The notes under the pieces: generated by a model
Told to the model about the DNA's origin: nothing
What the model saw: the letters and a program-made list of their open reading frames with translations, nothing else
Database searches by the model: none
Program-made: the position numbers and the translations under genes
From: Vicugna vicugna
Lineage: Eukaryota
Assembly: GCA_013265495.1 (NCBI GenBank)
Contig: MU058781.1
Coordinates: 8,723,009-8,787,008 of the forward strand
Direction of reading: 5' to 3'
Length of the DNA stretch: 64,000 bases
Shown here: in pieces, positions 39,966 to 53,699 of the stretch
How the letters are laid out: each line of letters opens with the position of its first letter
Numbering within the stretch: position 1 is the first letter of the stretch

Positions 39966-40119
39966 GTTACGGATGAAAGTGTTCAGTGGTCAACTCGGGG
40001 AAAGCTCACTTAAATAAGACTGTTTTGCCAGCTTCCTTTTATCTCTAATGTGCTAATACACGGCACAAATTCACAAGAGAAGGCTGTAGTTTTTAGGAAT
40101 GAATGTTGATTTAGAACAG

Positions 40120-40295
40120 ATCAGTGTTCTCAGCCTGACTGTTCATTTTAGTCAGCTGGAAATTTGAAAAACCAAAACCATACTTACGTCCATGTCCCAT
40201 GGCTGGCAATTGTATCATCATTTCTGTGGATTGGGGGCCCTGTTTTGTCTAAAATAGAGGTGATCCTACCATATAAGCCAGAGTTGAGGACTAGA
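40120..40295. mobile_element. MER5-family (hAT-Charlie) MITE, degenerate
   Basis: cagtgttctcagcctgactgttcattttagtcagctgg ... gccagagttgaggacta. Confidence 0.55.
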
Positions 40296-43200
40296 ATTGA
40301 GAGCCAGTAGTTCTAGATAGTTTTTTGGTTGAAGCTGTTAGATGAACAGACCCTCTCAACCTCTATTGAGAGGGACCGTTAGGAGGAAACCCTGGTTGGT
40401 TTATAAAGAATGGAGCTGAGGTAGGAAGGTTGAAGAGGCAGTTAAGTGCAGTGCTGCTAATGTGCTGATATCACCCTACTAGTTAATGGCTGGTTTCAAA
40501 ATCCAGTGATGCTTATTTCAGTTAAAAGGCTCAATGATTTTAGTTATCTCCAGGTATCACAAAAGGGTCAACTGACATTTTACTGAGTGTTTACTGTGCT
40601 GTGTGAGAATTAAAAGGATGGAAAAGGCATGGTCCTTGTCTTCGAGGAGCTCCTCCTAGTTTAGGAGGACAGAGTAGCCAGTTGGACTAGTAAAAATTAA
40701 AGTATACAGAAGTCTTCAGATGGCAACAATCAGTGAGCCTTCAAGCTTAAATACCTTTGGATTTTGAAAACATCCGTTATGTGTCAGGGTGGTGTCAGCA
40801 AATTGACAGCCTTGTGCTGCCCACTTCCTCCCACCCACCTTTCTAGCTCTGGGCGTATTTTAGCAATCAACCAGGGTTTCTCTGCAGAATCCCTCTCAAT
40901 TCAGAGTTCTTATTAGCCACTGCTGTTTGATTATGCTTAATATTCTAGATGAAATCTACTTGCCATTCTGAATCTTAAGGTTTATGTGATGCTAGAGGTC
41001 TATGAAAGAAAGAAACCAAACAGGGACTCTTAAACTGAAGTAATTGTTGGAAATATATAGTTGTTATTTTGCCATTTATTAACAAATATTTATTGAATAT
41101 TTATTAGAAACAGTTCATGTTTCTCCTCATAGACACATGCTTTAGAAAAGCAGCGATAACAATACATTATGATTATCAGCCTTTAATTTTCTTTTTATAA
41201 AATAGGGAGGCCAGTGGTGAGGTTTGCTGATAACCAAACAAAAAGCTTATTTTTGCTGTGGGAACAAGGATGTGGTCCCAAGACTGCTGTACGGAATGAC
41301 ATCTGTTCATAATTCTCTGAGTTTTCATAGTTTGGGGTACATATAATCCAAAGTACAAAAAATTTGGAGCTTCTGGGAATACCTTTTTCTATCCATTCTT
41401 AGGGAAACTAGAGTGTCATCAGTCTCCCACTGTTATTGGTGATTTTTTTTTAAACTCTTATTTTGTTCCATGAAACAACCCTGCAAGTATGCAAGAAAGT
41501 ATGAAAAATAGGTAAAATAATGAGACCCCGGGAAAACAGAGGAGAAAAGTCCAGACTTAGTGTGGAATTGGAACATGGGAAAGTAGGCCATGGTCACATA
41601 TGCAGTTTTGACTCCGAACTTCTTGAAAGCTTATTGTCTATAAGGGAAAAAAGCAACCTGACTGGGCATTAGATTTGAAAGAAAATGTTCCTATGTGTGT
41701 TCTTGTAGGGAGTCCTGAGAAAGCTAGTGGTTCAACAACGTCTCTTTAACAGTCCAATCCACATACTATGTTTCTTAGAGTTGTATGTTTTGGCATTCTT
41801 TGTTAAAACTTGCAGCCCTGTCCCCCAAAGCACACCACTCTGAAAGGATTTATTGGGAGGGTAAGACAATGCACTCCAAGTACGTGTGGCTCGGGAGTGA
41901 TCTGGCCCCACTTCCACAGCCATCGGGTACCACAAAGGAATCCTGCTGTACTGGCGGGGTTTGTGCAGCCCAGGTCATTTTGTGAGACAACCCATCGGAG
42001 TGCAGGGAGAAGATACTAGAATTGGTGTTTCTTTGTATTGCCTCTTCCTTTAAAATTTTTTTGGTGTATGTTTCATATTGTATATAATGTGCTAGTACAG
42101 CAGTACCTGAATATAATAAATTAGCATCTATCTGTGGGGGTGCATTTAAAAAATTTTTTTCACTGATTCAGGAAAGTGATTTTCTAAAATGTGGAGACCA
42201 CTGATGGAGAGGAAGAAAGAGCCTGCCCATTTCCCACTAGAAACCCCATTCTTTCAGCCAGACATTTGGTTTGAGTAGGCAGAAGAGTTTTTTGATCTCT
42301 CTCAAGGTCCTAAGGTGCCCATATTCTGTTTTGATTGAGTGCAAATCCATCTGCTTTTGAGATGAAATAAGCAAATAATGAAGTGTATGCCCTTGGAGGA
42401 AACCGGAAGCACTTAATGAAGACTCTTGCCGAGCATCTGCTCAGAGGCCGACTTTTCAACCTCAGCAGCATGTGCCCCTGCCCTTCCATCTGCGTGTCAG
42501 GTCACTGGAGGACTGAGCCAAAGGGGCGTCAGGTCAGGCGTGTGTGGCAGTGCATATATGGGCTTAGTAGGTGCTCACTAAATATCGAACGAGTGGCTAA
42601 TCCTGAATTGATTACGCTCGATGAAACGCCGTATGTGACTTGGAACCTATAATGAAAATACAGCCTGGAAAAGCTATATTTCTGAAGTGGGCAAGAGATG
42701 CTGCTTAGTTTAGCTGCCTTTCAGGCATAGTTGAGCACTGTGTCTTACAACACAGGCTTGATTTTATGACACCAGATATTTGGTGGTGGTGGTGGCTTTC
42801 CAAGATTTGCAGCAGAGAAATCATTTACTTTGAGGAATCATCTCTTGATAGTTAACGGGTATCTGTCATTTTACCAAATGAATATATCCATGTAGGTCCA
42901 TGTTTCTAGTTACAAATAAATATTTGCTTTGGTATTTTTTCTTTCACTAAACAGAATTCTGCAAACAATTTTTGGTGACAGGGGACAAAAGTTAACCAAG
43001 GGTTTACTTTTGGAGTTTGAACTGAGGCTGATCTGTCTCTGGGATCATTTTGGTGGACTTTACAGGCTGCAAGTTAGTTTTGGAAGGTTGTTTAATGGAA
43101 TTTTAATAGCCCTGGAAAGATGTGAAAGCGATACTGCTACCTGGTGGTTTATAAACCTGACCTTTGTGAGATGTTTTCTGGGCAAAAGTACTACTTTGTG

Positions 43201-43794
43201 ATGCCAGCAGCTTTTATTGATTCTGCAGAATCTGCAGTTTTCTAACACTGGCTGTCAATTCATTCCAGCTGAAAAATTATTAAATTTCTTCTCCTGCTTG
43301 TGTGGATATTAAATCGCAGTAAACATACTTGCACAATGTCAGGTACGGTGAGCACAATTTTCTGCGTGAAAAAAATGTTAGTGGGACCTTGCCTGCTCAG
43401 CAGAGGTTATAAATTTCTGTATTTCTTTTTATTTGTTGCTCTCAGTTATGTGTTTTATTTCTCTTGGTGAGTTCCAACATATTTCTTGTTATTTGTAATA
43501 TAGGAAAGAAAAGTTTGATTTAGATTGCTGATTTTAAAAACCATGCCCTTTAGTTTATTTCTGGAACTGTCAACAGAAGAAGGGAGAGATCCTGGGTGTA
43601 AGGATTTAACCAGTGAAAATACGATTGGGGAAGAATGAGAAACATCTGTTGAAAGAATGAATTGAATGAATAAGGGAAAGAATGAGTAAATGATCCTACC
43701 TGCCATAAAAATGTTTCTGATGCGTTGAATTTTAGTTAAGGACTGTGAATGATGGTGAGATAGTAACTGTCTGTGGAAGTGGTTGTTAAACTTC

Positions 43795-43970
43795 ACTGTC
43801 TCTGAGAATAACCTCTGGACTTCAGGGTATGTGTTGAAAATGCAAATATCTGGCCAGATTCCCTACTCAGTAGATCTGCAGCAGGTCCAGGAATTTGCAG
43901 TTTCTAATGAGTCGCTCCAAGCCGCCCAGATACTACAGGTGTCATGAGGATCATTTCTAGAAACTTGTCT
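43795..43970. mobile_element. MER5-family MITE, degenerate
   Basis: ttgaaaatgcaaatatctggcc...ctactcagtagatctgcagcaggtccaggaatttgcagtttctaa. Confidence 0.55.
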
Positions 43971-44339
43971 TGAGAACCTGCTTGATTAAATACGCTGAGT
44001 CATTTGATCAAAATACTGAATGGAGGTGGAGACAAAATGTACCATTTATGTGAAGAAATAAAGTAAAAATCTGGACTTATTTTTCCCATGTAAGAGAAGC
44101 AGTGTGAGGACCAGCTCCATTCTTCCCAGCCAGGACTTTTGTCAGATTATTTTGGGGGAGTTTTAAAATACAGATTCCTAGGCCCCACCTCAAAAGATTC
44201 TGATTCTGTGAGGCTGGGAGTGTTTATTTAAAAGCCCTACAAGTTTGAGAATGACTAGTTTTGTAACTTATCATCTGCAATTTAGTAAGTAAGCCATTGT
44301 ATCACTGAGTGATAAGAGCAGTGATTCAGATAAGCCTCA

Positions 44340-44530
44340 GTACCATGGCACTGTGGATAAGAACAGAAAGGGTTAACTTCTGTTTCCCTAGTTTGTTAGC
44401 TCTGTGGCCTTAAGAATGCTGTTTTTCCTCTCAGGCTCAGTTTTCTCTTCTGAAAAATAGGAGTAAAGCATACTCATTAGATAATCAGTATGAATATTAA
44501 ACAAGATAATGTAATGCTAAATCTGTGATA
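44340..44530 (+). mobile_element. MIR SINE, degenerate
   Basis: ttagctctgtggccttaag...ctcagttttctcttctgaaaaataggagtaa. Confidence 0.55.
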
Positions 44531-44737
44531 CTTTGTGACTACTGAATAAAGTAGCTTGTTACTGTTCTTAATGATCTAATAAGAGGGCAAGGAGGAGGAA
44601 GGGGAACAGAAGAGACAAAATGCTGTTGCCATTTTACTTTTCTTTCTAAGTCTATTCTGTGTGTATTAGTGCCTATACCCTCATGCTTTCCTATGCTCAT
44701 GTGTGGGCTGCTTGTAAGGAAGAACACTGGCCTGTAG

Positions 44738-44895
44738 ATGTGGTCCTCATACTTTAAAGGGCAGGCGGATCACCTGGAGATTTTGTTAGCATGCAAATTT
44801 GTTTCTTGTGCGTCTTGGGTGGGGCCTGAGAATTTGCATCTTAGGCTCCCAAGTCATGCTGACACTGCTTGTCCTTGGCTCACACTGAATGGAAA
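44738..44895. mobile_element. MER5A-like MITE
   Basis: gatcacctggagattttgtta...gggtggggcctgagaatttgcat...ctcccaagtcatgctgacactgct. Confidence 0.75.
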
Positions 44896-45152
44896 GAGCT
44901 GGTAGGATGACATGATAGTAATGACACTTCATATTCTGCTCTTAAGTCTCCCCTTCAGTCTTCATCCCTCACCATTCAGAATTTGTTCTTCAGTCACACA
45001 GAATCTTTCCTTCGTACATCTGTAATAGTGCTTACCAGGTATATTTAAGGTGATTTTTTAAAATATTAATATCCTCCACTGGACCATCTCTGTGATAAGG
45101 ACTCCTTGGGTCTTACTTATCTTGATGTCACAATTAATCTTCAGTAAAAGCC

Positions 45153-45173
45153 TTTTTTTTTTTTTTTTTTTTT
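45153..45173. repeat. Poly-T tract (21 nt)
   Basis: T21. Confidence 0.95.
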
Positions 45174-45660
45174 CAAAAAAAGTCTTCTGATGCATGCCCT
45201 TACGATTCTCATAACAGCAGACTGGAAAGTTCATCTTTCACCTTTCTAACCAAAAGTAGTGAATGTTCTCAGAATAAACCTTCTACATATCTGGCTGTGG
45301 ATCCTGGAGTTTGAAGGAATAGTCAGCCAATGTCCTTGATTGGTAATGAGAGAAAGATGGATTGTTCACAGATGTGAGGTAATTTAGGGAGGATAATGTG
45401 AATTGGGCACAGTTCAGACTGTTTCTTTTTCTGAATATTAATGTACACCCATACTAGATCATATAAGCGAATAATGCCAAATTAGATAATATTTGAAACA
45501 AAATGAATGCTGTACATAGGAAATGTTGAAGAAAACTGGAATTAAAAAGATAATACCTGTTTTCATTGAAAAATTGGATTGCTGTGTATTGTATACAAGG
45601 GAATTTGTTTCTGTTTTTATATCTGTGTTTGTTCACTCTGGTGACTTCTGTGCATTATTT

Positions 45661-45761
45661 ATTTATTTTGAAGTATAGCCAGTTTATAATGTGTCAGATT
45701 TCGGTCTATAGCATAATGTTTCAGTTGTTCATATACATATATATTCATTTTCATATTCTTT
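45661..45761 (-). mobile_element. Very short, younger L1 3' end (camelid/cetartiodactyl type) with TSD
   Basis: ttttgaagtatagccagtttataatgtgtcagatttcggtctatagcataatgtttcag; TSD tgtgcattattt (45649-45660) / tgtgctttattt (45762-45773). Confidence 0.75.
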
Positions 45762-48700
45762 TGTGCTTTATTTTTTAGACAAAATAATTTATATGCAATG
45801 GTCTGGCCTTCATTTACAGTTTTACTGATTTAGAGGTATAATTCACTGTGTAATTAGTTTTAGTAAAAAAAGAAGGGGGCAGTAGGAGAAACTTGGCACT
45901 ATGTTAAGTGGAGAATAATTGAATAAAGATTTAAAAAATAATTTCTCTAACTGTGTTAGCCCATCATTTGCATGTTTCCAGCAATATTATTTCTGCAACT
46001 AAATTTTCAAATAGAAAGTGCTTTTTGTAAATTCATTAATACTGTGATGACATGAAAATATACCTCTTCCTATGAATTTTGAAAATCTAAGTGTTTTTGC
46101 TCTTGACTAACATTTTGCGTTTTGTTGAATAGTTCTTGATTTTAAATGATGATATTTAAAATAGCTTACTTTGAGTAAATACAGGAGAATGGTTGAGGGA
46201 TTTTTTTTTTAGCACATTAGCCAAAGTTAGTGTGAGATTTAATCTTAATTGTTATTACTATTATTTATTTAACAAACATTTGTCAAGTACCTGTTAAGTG
46301 GAGGATTTGTTTTAGTGAAATGCTGTTTATATTTTACACTTTCTGTAGTGAATCCTGGAATATTTAGTAGAAGCAGTTTGTAATTTATGGCTTGAAAGCA
46401 GGTTATGAAATAAATATATATTTTTCCTCACTAATATAGAACTTAATAAAATATAAACTGCTACTTAAAAATGGCTGGCTTGTTCAGAATAATTTATATA
46501 AAAGGAAAACTAAATGGAAACTTGGACCAATGTATTTTAGGTAAGAGAAGATGTTTCTCAAATTGGGTATCAGCTAACTCTTGACATTTAATCATGTATT
46601 TAGCTACCATATTGCTAATTATTCTAAAACATGGACTCCAGGAAGCCAGATTGCCATCCCTAAGTAAAGAAAAATTTATTATGTATGCTGCATAGTATTA
46701 TATTCTGTCACCAAAAAACGTAAAATAGAACCTTTGCACATCACTGATTTTTTTTCCTTGTTTTATTTTCATTCTTACTCGTGACCGTGATTTTTTGTGA
46801 TCAGCACAGGTATGATTATAAGTATAATTCAGCCATTGTGCCGTTTTGTGGCCCTTGTATTAAAATTTCCTGGGAAGTGGGTATCGCATAATGTTCTTTG
46901 TACTTGTACATCTAGCTTTTCACTTCGCCTTTCCATTCCTTCAGTGAATTATAGCTGCTGGTGCTTGTTGTCCCTCTTTCAGTGAAGCACAGAGAGGTCA
47001 CCCTGCAGGTCTGAGGAAGAGTATTGAAATAGAGATTTCTTGACTGATAGGCCAGTGTACTTTGCACTATAACATGCTGCCTCTCAGGGACAGTGTTGTA
47101 TGCAAATACTTGATATTACAAATGCATTGGTTGCTATAGTGCAGTTTAGTTTATTATGATAATTAGTGTCATTTCATCAGTTGGGATCATTTTGAGAGAA
47201 GCCCTTAGTGGAACTGCAACCATAATGTTCTTGAATGGTGGCACTGACACATTTCACAGGATTTCAGTTGCATTGGCCATCCCTGTTTCAAAAGATTAGA
47301 TACCTGTAAAAACAACAGAAGCCTGAAAATCAGACCCAAGCAGTAATTTTAGGCTCTAGGAACCTTAATATACTAGGAGAAAGTGTTTTAATATATGTGT
47401 TAGTAACATTTAAGTACATTCATTAAGTAGTTCATTAAACTACTTTAATGTACCTTCTTAATAACTAACTGTGCTTAATTTGCAAAAATACCTATTCTTT
47501 TCAGTTTGGAGATTTAAAATATTTAAAAGAGAAGAAAGCTGTATTTCATATTTTAGAAATGTGCATAAAATGAATATAGGAGTGATGTTAATGATACAGA
47601 AAGATTAGCTGTACTATATGTAACTATTAACTCAAGGCTTTGGATCCATGAAGATACTTAAAGTTTCCAGTGTACCCATCAGACTAGTTTGATTGCCTAA
47701 AATCTGTGTTCTGCTCATGCCATGGACTTGCTTTAAATGAACTGTGAATTTTAATTTGAAATGTATTTGGAAGCCAATTCCTATTAAAAAATAGATTTAT
47801 AGCTTGAAAACTGGGCACTTCAGAAATGCCAGGTAAATCCAGTTCATCTTCAGTTGCTAGTTGTGTCTGTTTTTAATTTTAGGCAATTGCATTTGTGACC
47901 CACTCTTGTTTGGCTTTACTCTTTGAGAACCAGTGCTCCAAAGAAAGAAAAAATAAACCCACTTTTGTTCCTAGTTTATTTGCAAACCAGGTCAGACGCC
48001 CTTGATTAGCTCTCAGTTGGAGGATAATTTGAACCTTGACAGATTGAACCCAAACAGCAGGGTTTCTCTAGTCTGGCCAGCAGATAGAAAAAAATGAAAT
48101 AAAAGCTAATTCCAGTTCACAAGCCATACAACAGGACTGAATAAATGTGCAACTGTTAATGAATAGCTATTTCAAATATTTACAAAAGGCCCAAGAAAAA
48201 AAGAAAAGATTAGCATCTTAGGCAGCTGTTCTAAGGGAACCCTATTAAAAATAAACATGATAAATGATGCTGGAGAGCTAATATATCTGTCAAATATCAA
48301 ATACACTCAAATAAAAAAAAACAGTTTCAGAAAAAAAAACTATTAAGACTCTTCGGGGCATGGCTGTCTTGCTTTGTGGTATATGCCAGAATTTTATTCT
48401 TATTCTTTTAAAAATGCACCTTTCCTGACTCCTCCAATATTCATATGGATATTATTTTGTAGATTGTAAGGTTATGGGTAACTGAATGGAATCATTTGAG
48501 TTGTATCTATTGTGACTAAATTGATTAGAAACTTTACAATTCAGCTATACAGCATTTGAATGAAGACATACTGTTAATTGTTATTTTATGGGATTGCAGA
48601 TGATATAATGGTTTGAATATGACCGTAATAACATTTTAGCATCATGGCAATTGTGCTAGGAAATGCTACATAAAAACGGAAATTATTACTGAAGCAGTGA

Positions 48701-49799
48701 GGTGTTGGTTCTCAGGGCCGGTGGCAAGTACAGTTGCTAGTGTCTACCTGTGCTTGACAGCGTTTCTTCGAATCCATCCTGGTCTCTTCACATAAAATAC
48801 CTTTTTTGTATTTAGATAAAATTAAAGCAAACTGTACCTGCCAGTTTGATTTGAGGTCATTTCTCATTTGTAGAAGTGTAATTCTTTACCAGAAGTGTGG
48901 ATCATTTTGTGAAAGTTCAAAAAACATGTTCACGGTTGAGATGTCCCCTGCATGAGAGCAATGTCTGTGGTGCAGATGTAAAGCAGTTTGGTATGATCTC
49001 AACTAGAAGTCAGTTAGATCAGGTATATTGACATATTATTAGGCCCACTATATGTCTTCAAATCAAGGTTTCAGAACCAGTGCAGGAGTATGGCCGTCTT
49101 TAGTCCCTTCAAGACAGGGGATGTGTTACTTGGGGAGACCGTGGGGAAGGCTGACAGAGCGTCACTGGACATCACTATCTGGCCCTAGTCTGATTATCTC
49201 ACTTCATATTTCACTGCTCTCCAGGGATACCCTTTGTTTCAGCAGGACCTTTATGGACCCATTTCCCCTATCCCCACCCAAACTGGCATGATGGAACATT
49301 CCAAATAACCTATATCCTGGAGTAGTCTTGAGTCACTGTTAATTCATTTTTGCCTCCTAATGTAAGGGTTAGAAATAATGACTATAAAACTGACGTATAA
49401 AGGGGGCATGAAAGGGGACGAGGAAGAAAGCCACACAAATTCGTCCTTTGTTTTGAGCCACATGTTGCTTCTGTGTAATGAGCAATGTCATTATTGTATT
49501 GCTGTTTCATTCTTTGAAATATACACACTGCATATACATGCACACATACGAGGGGAATTTTATTATGATTTATACATATGAGGAGCTGTATCAACATTTG
49601 ATATTTTTAATGATAACCTTCCTATTTCTGCTGTGTTGAAGAGGTACTAAATATCACCCCCATTCTAAAAGTGGTTTTAGTGAAATCTGAAAGGGTCTGT
49701 TCCTTACTTAGAAAATACTTTGGTTCAAACTCCATGGATAACACTAAATTTTCATGCTGTTCTGCAGTTACATTAGACCCTTAAACTTAGACTCTCTTT

Positions 49800-50600
49800 G
49801 TACTTCATCATTGTAATTTACACACTGGGTTGGTACATTCTCTTCAAGACAGTTTGTCTTGCGCCTCCAGCTGCTCCCCAGTAGCCATTGTGCTGAATAA
49901 GCACTTATTTCAGTATGTCCTTGATACAATTAATGCAGGCATCTGCAAAAGCGGCGGCGGCAGCAGCAGCTGCAGTGCCTTATGGAAGCCAACTTCTGCT
50001 TAGCATTGTGATAAAAGAAATAGTTTTGAGCTGGAAGCTAATGTTGGCTTATTTTTAGCATAAAAAGAGTTGCACCTGCCAGGGCTAGTGGAGGACTGAG
50101 GTTTGTTGATTACACGTTCTTGTTAGTGCCATTGTTATTGGTAAAATGGGGATGATGTCATCCTTATCAAACTGAATTGGCACCCTGTAGAGTGACAAAT
50201 AATTTACCCTCTGCAGTTTTATCAGCATGGGCCGCATGTTAGAAATAAGCGGAGTGCTGAGTTTTCACAGTTGAATGCTATGGAACTGCAGAGGTGTATG
50301 AAAATGAAAGGGATTGATACTTGTAATCAGCACACATAGTAATGGCCAAGGTGTAATGAAACATAAGTGCACATTTAGGGTAATTATGCTGCTACCAGGT
50401 GGGGCCCTGGGGCTTTGCATGTATAGAAGCTGCTTGAGGTGGCGGATGTGCAGCGAGGAATCCTGCAGCACCATCTGGTAGATTCTCATTTTCTCATTAA
50501 TTCTTCTGTCCCCTAAGTCTGGGCTACATTGACTTTGAACAGCACTTCATCTGTTCAGTATCTCATCTCATTTTAGCTGGGAGTTGCTTTCAGCGGTGGT
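49800..50600. promoter_or_regulatory. Candidate intronic developmental enhancer (SOX/bHLH/homeobox motif cluster)
   Basis: Repeat-free block with four CATTGT sites, several E-boxes and TAAT cores. Confidence 0.45.
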
Positions 50601-50950
50601 ATTGATATGATGTAATTCACAGTCTCAGCTATGTGAAATACAGTAAATCATCGAGTTGATTTTCAATTTTAAGTAAGGCTAACTCTTCAGTAACATCCAC
50701 ATGACCATTTAATTCTAAATGATTCAACACTTTTGTAGTTTTTTTAAAAAGTAAAATAGAATAGCTGTGCAAATTGGCTAAATGTACATTGTTCTCAAAT
50801 ATTTTATACATAAAATTTATTTATTAAAAGTTATAAAAGTACATTTTCTTTGGTAATTTTTTAAAGAATTCTTTTATTTCTGCAAGCTGATGTAATTTTG
50901 CCTCAAATATAACAAAAATGTATTTTCCAGTCAAGCTTAAGAATAAATTA

Positions 50951-51018
50951 TTTGCACAACAGTGTGAATATACTTAATGCCACTGAGCTGTACACTTGAA
51001 AATGGTTAAAATGGTTTT
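50951..51018 (+). mobile_element. Short L1M 3' UTR fragment
   Basis: ttgcacaacagtgtgaatatacttaatgccactgagctgtacacttgaaaatggttaaaatggt. Confidence 0.75.
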
Positions 51019-52074
51019 TAAGAAATGAATAAAAATTGATATTTAAGGTTGCATATTTTGTAGGAAAGTTAAATGCTTTAAACTTGCTAAATTAATTTTT
51101 ATAAAATAATTTTTATATTTTCACATCATTTCACATTATATTAAGAATAATATGTTTAATGCACCTAGCATGTTTATAGGTAGTTCACATATGACTGCTC
51201 TCTTTATTAATAAGAATATTAATATCATGCAAATTTTTAGTGAAATCTATAGTATACATTCATATAACACAGAAAGTAACAATAAAGTAGCATCTGGTGG
51301 CTGACTTTTTTATGCCATATGTCTTATATGAGAGATCAGTTTATCAGAATAATTTGGACAATCTTCTGGAGTCTGTAGTTGCATTTAACTGACATTAGTT
51401 AGCTGTTTCACAATCTCTTTAATAAATGCAAATAAAATATTTGAATGATCTGAGTGATTCTTTAAGAGCTTTCAATAAATAAAATTTTCCACCAAGTGAA
51501 TCCCCATGCATTTTGTCATTTCATTTCCATGAATTTTCATGAAATGGAAAATGAGAGAAAAACATACTACACGAATGCTTGCAGTGATGCCCCAGCGGTC
51601 AGTATTTGTCAGTGTGGCCGCAGAGGTGGAGAGAGCTTTCCCATCAACGAACGTGCTGCCATCTGAACGTCCCTTCAGTGGATCTCAAGTTGGTATCCAG
51701 ATACTTCTGGCTTCGGGAAAGGAGAGAATTATAAGCAATTTACTGCTTTAAATTACCCAGCTAATTTTTTTCATGTTTACCTTGAATAAGGCTCCTAAAA
51801 CATTAATAAAATGTATCTCATTTCCCCCTCCTTTCTATTTATTATAAATTAATCTAAGGCAGCAAATAAGAAGAGGTTGAAAACTCCTTCTTAGTTATCT
51901 CTTGGGAAGTTACTTGATTATCACTTAATATGTAGTGTAATAGTGGACAGAAAATATATTAGCAATATTATTATTTCTCGCCTAAGGTTTACTCGCTTGT
52001 GTTGAGAGCATTTAATAATCAGGATTGTTTTTTCCCTCATACATTCGGCAGACGTTAGCGAAGTCACCTGTTTA

Positions 52075-52300
52075 CCAGGCTGTGAGCTTAGCAAAAGCAT
52101 GGGCAGTGAGGTCAAACTGTTTGAATCCTGGCTTGGACCGTAGCCAGGTATGTGACTTTGAGCTAGTAGTGTAACCTTTCCAAGCCTCAGCCTTCTCATC
52201 TATAACCTGAAAATAATAACCCTTTACCTTGCACAAATTGTGAGAATTTGTGCTGACGTGCTCCTGGCAGAGGGCCCCTATGGGCACGCAGTAGCGGTTG
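52075..52300 (+). mobile_element. MIR SINE
   Basis: tttgaatcctggc...tgtgactttgagctag...aagcctcagccttctcatctataa...ttgtgagaatt. Confidence 0.75.
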
Positions 52301-53699
52301 CTGCCGTATGGCTCTTTTTACCAGCAAATGCGATTAAGAACCTACACTCCAGTATTTAGATTATCCTCACAGAATAAGTCACCATCCTTTATTTCCTAGC
52401 ATATTCTTCACAGGCAGGGTAGACATACACCTACACAGTTCCAAGGTACTTAATAGATTAGAAATGCCCACTGAAGGGTACTAATCAGTTAGGAGACACA
52501 CTTACACATCTGTCCCTTCTCCTGATGGTATTTTTAAATACATAAAATAAAAGACATAAGATTAAAGGAAAAATTTTGTTGAAATATTATCAATGTATGA
52601 AGAGGATGCTTTTGTGATATGTGTTTCTTTATCAGTACATTAAATAGCAAGATAGAGCTATGTCTAATAGTTTTAATAACTTCCTAATAGTGATATCTCA
52701 GAATATTTCAGAATACCTAGAACAACTGTAATGTGACATGAAACTATCATTTCTTATGGATAGAGAATCACAGGTACTGCCAATACTTAGAGCTTGTTGT
52801 GTAATTATACAAATGCAAAATTTTGACAAAAGATTAGTGAAAACAAAGTTGTGATTTTTTTTTTCCCTCATCCAAGTTTGGGTGTTCTTCTACCCTTCAA
52901 GTCTGTCATACTCCAGGGTTTTTGTACCCAAGATAAGAACCCCTGGTGGAGTGTAGGAAACTTTCAACCAGCTTTCTTAATGAAGGAAAAGATGTAAACA
53001 GCGACAGAAGCTAGTACACACACTTACCAACATCAACAAAATAATCCAGAAATGATTCAGACCAACTGGTTTGTGTTGTACTAGCCCTTGACCAAGACCT
53101 CTGACCAGTGGGCCCTTCAGTGCTACCTTTGTCCATCCCCTCCTGTAAGGTTAGCTGTTTCACAGTTTTATATTCAGTAGTTCCTTGTGACTTGATTATG
53201 TTTCCAAATGCACTTACTATTTCATTTGAATTAGAATACAAATTTTCTATGAAATTAATGAAAATCTGTTTGCATCACAGGTCTGTAACCATTTGGTTAC
53301 TTTACAAACACAGTATCTGTCCCTTTACCTATGAGCAAAGAATGCTTGAAACACAGTAGGCTTGGAGTTCTCAAATGATGTGGCCTGAGCTTGAGTAGAT
53401 ACCTAAATTAAATCTTGAAATTATTTTTGCCCAAACACAGAGCAACAGGAAAGATCCAAGCATATTCCATAGAGATTGTAGTTGCATTGTTTTATGTACC
53501 TTAATTATAGAAGATGATAGCCACAAAAATATACCACATTTTTTAAAAACATTCAGCAACTTGTATTATTATAACTATTTTAATTTAAAATGCATATTTT
53601 AGAGCAGCAGTACTTTTTTTTTTATGCTGAAAAGCTCACTCTTTTAACATGCGCTTTTTTGATCACAGTTGTAGTCAGAACTAAGTGAAAATAATTGAG

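Noticed and set aside
41440..42060. Novel unique element
   Set aside because: It resembles a highly decayed L1-type fragment, but I could not assign it confidently, so it is neither annotated nor claimed as novel.
45151..45183. T21-C-A7 hairpin or terminator
   Set aside because: Adjacent homopolymers only; intrinsic terminators do not apply to a mammalian intron.
49951..49975. Poly-Ala/poly-Gln coding exon (GCG/CAG repeats)
   Set aside because: No convincing long ORF or splice pair around it, and no such tract is expected in this part of CDKAL1.
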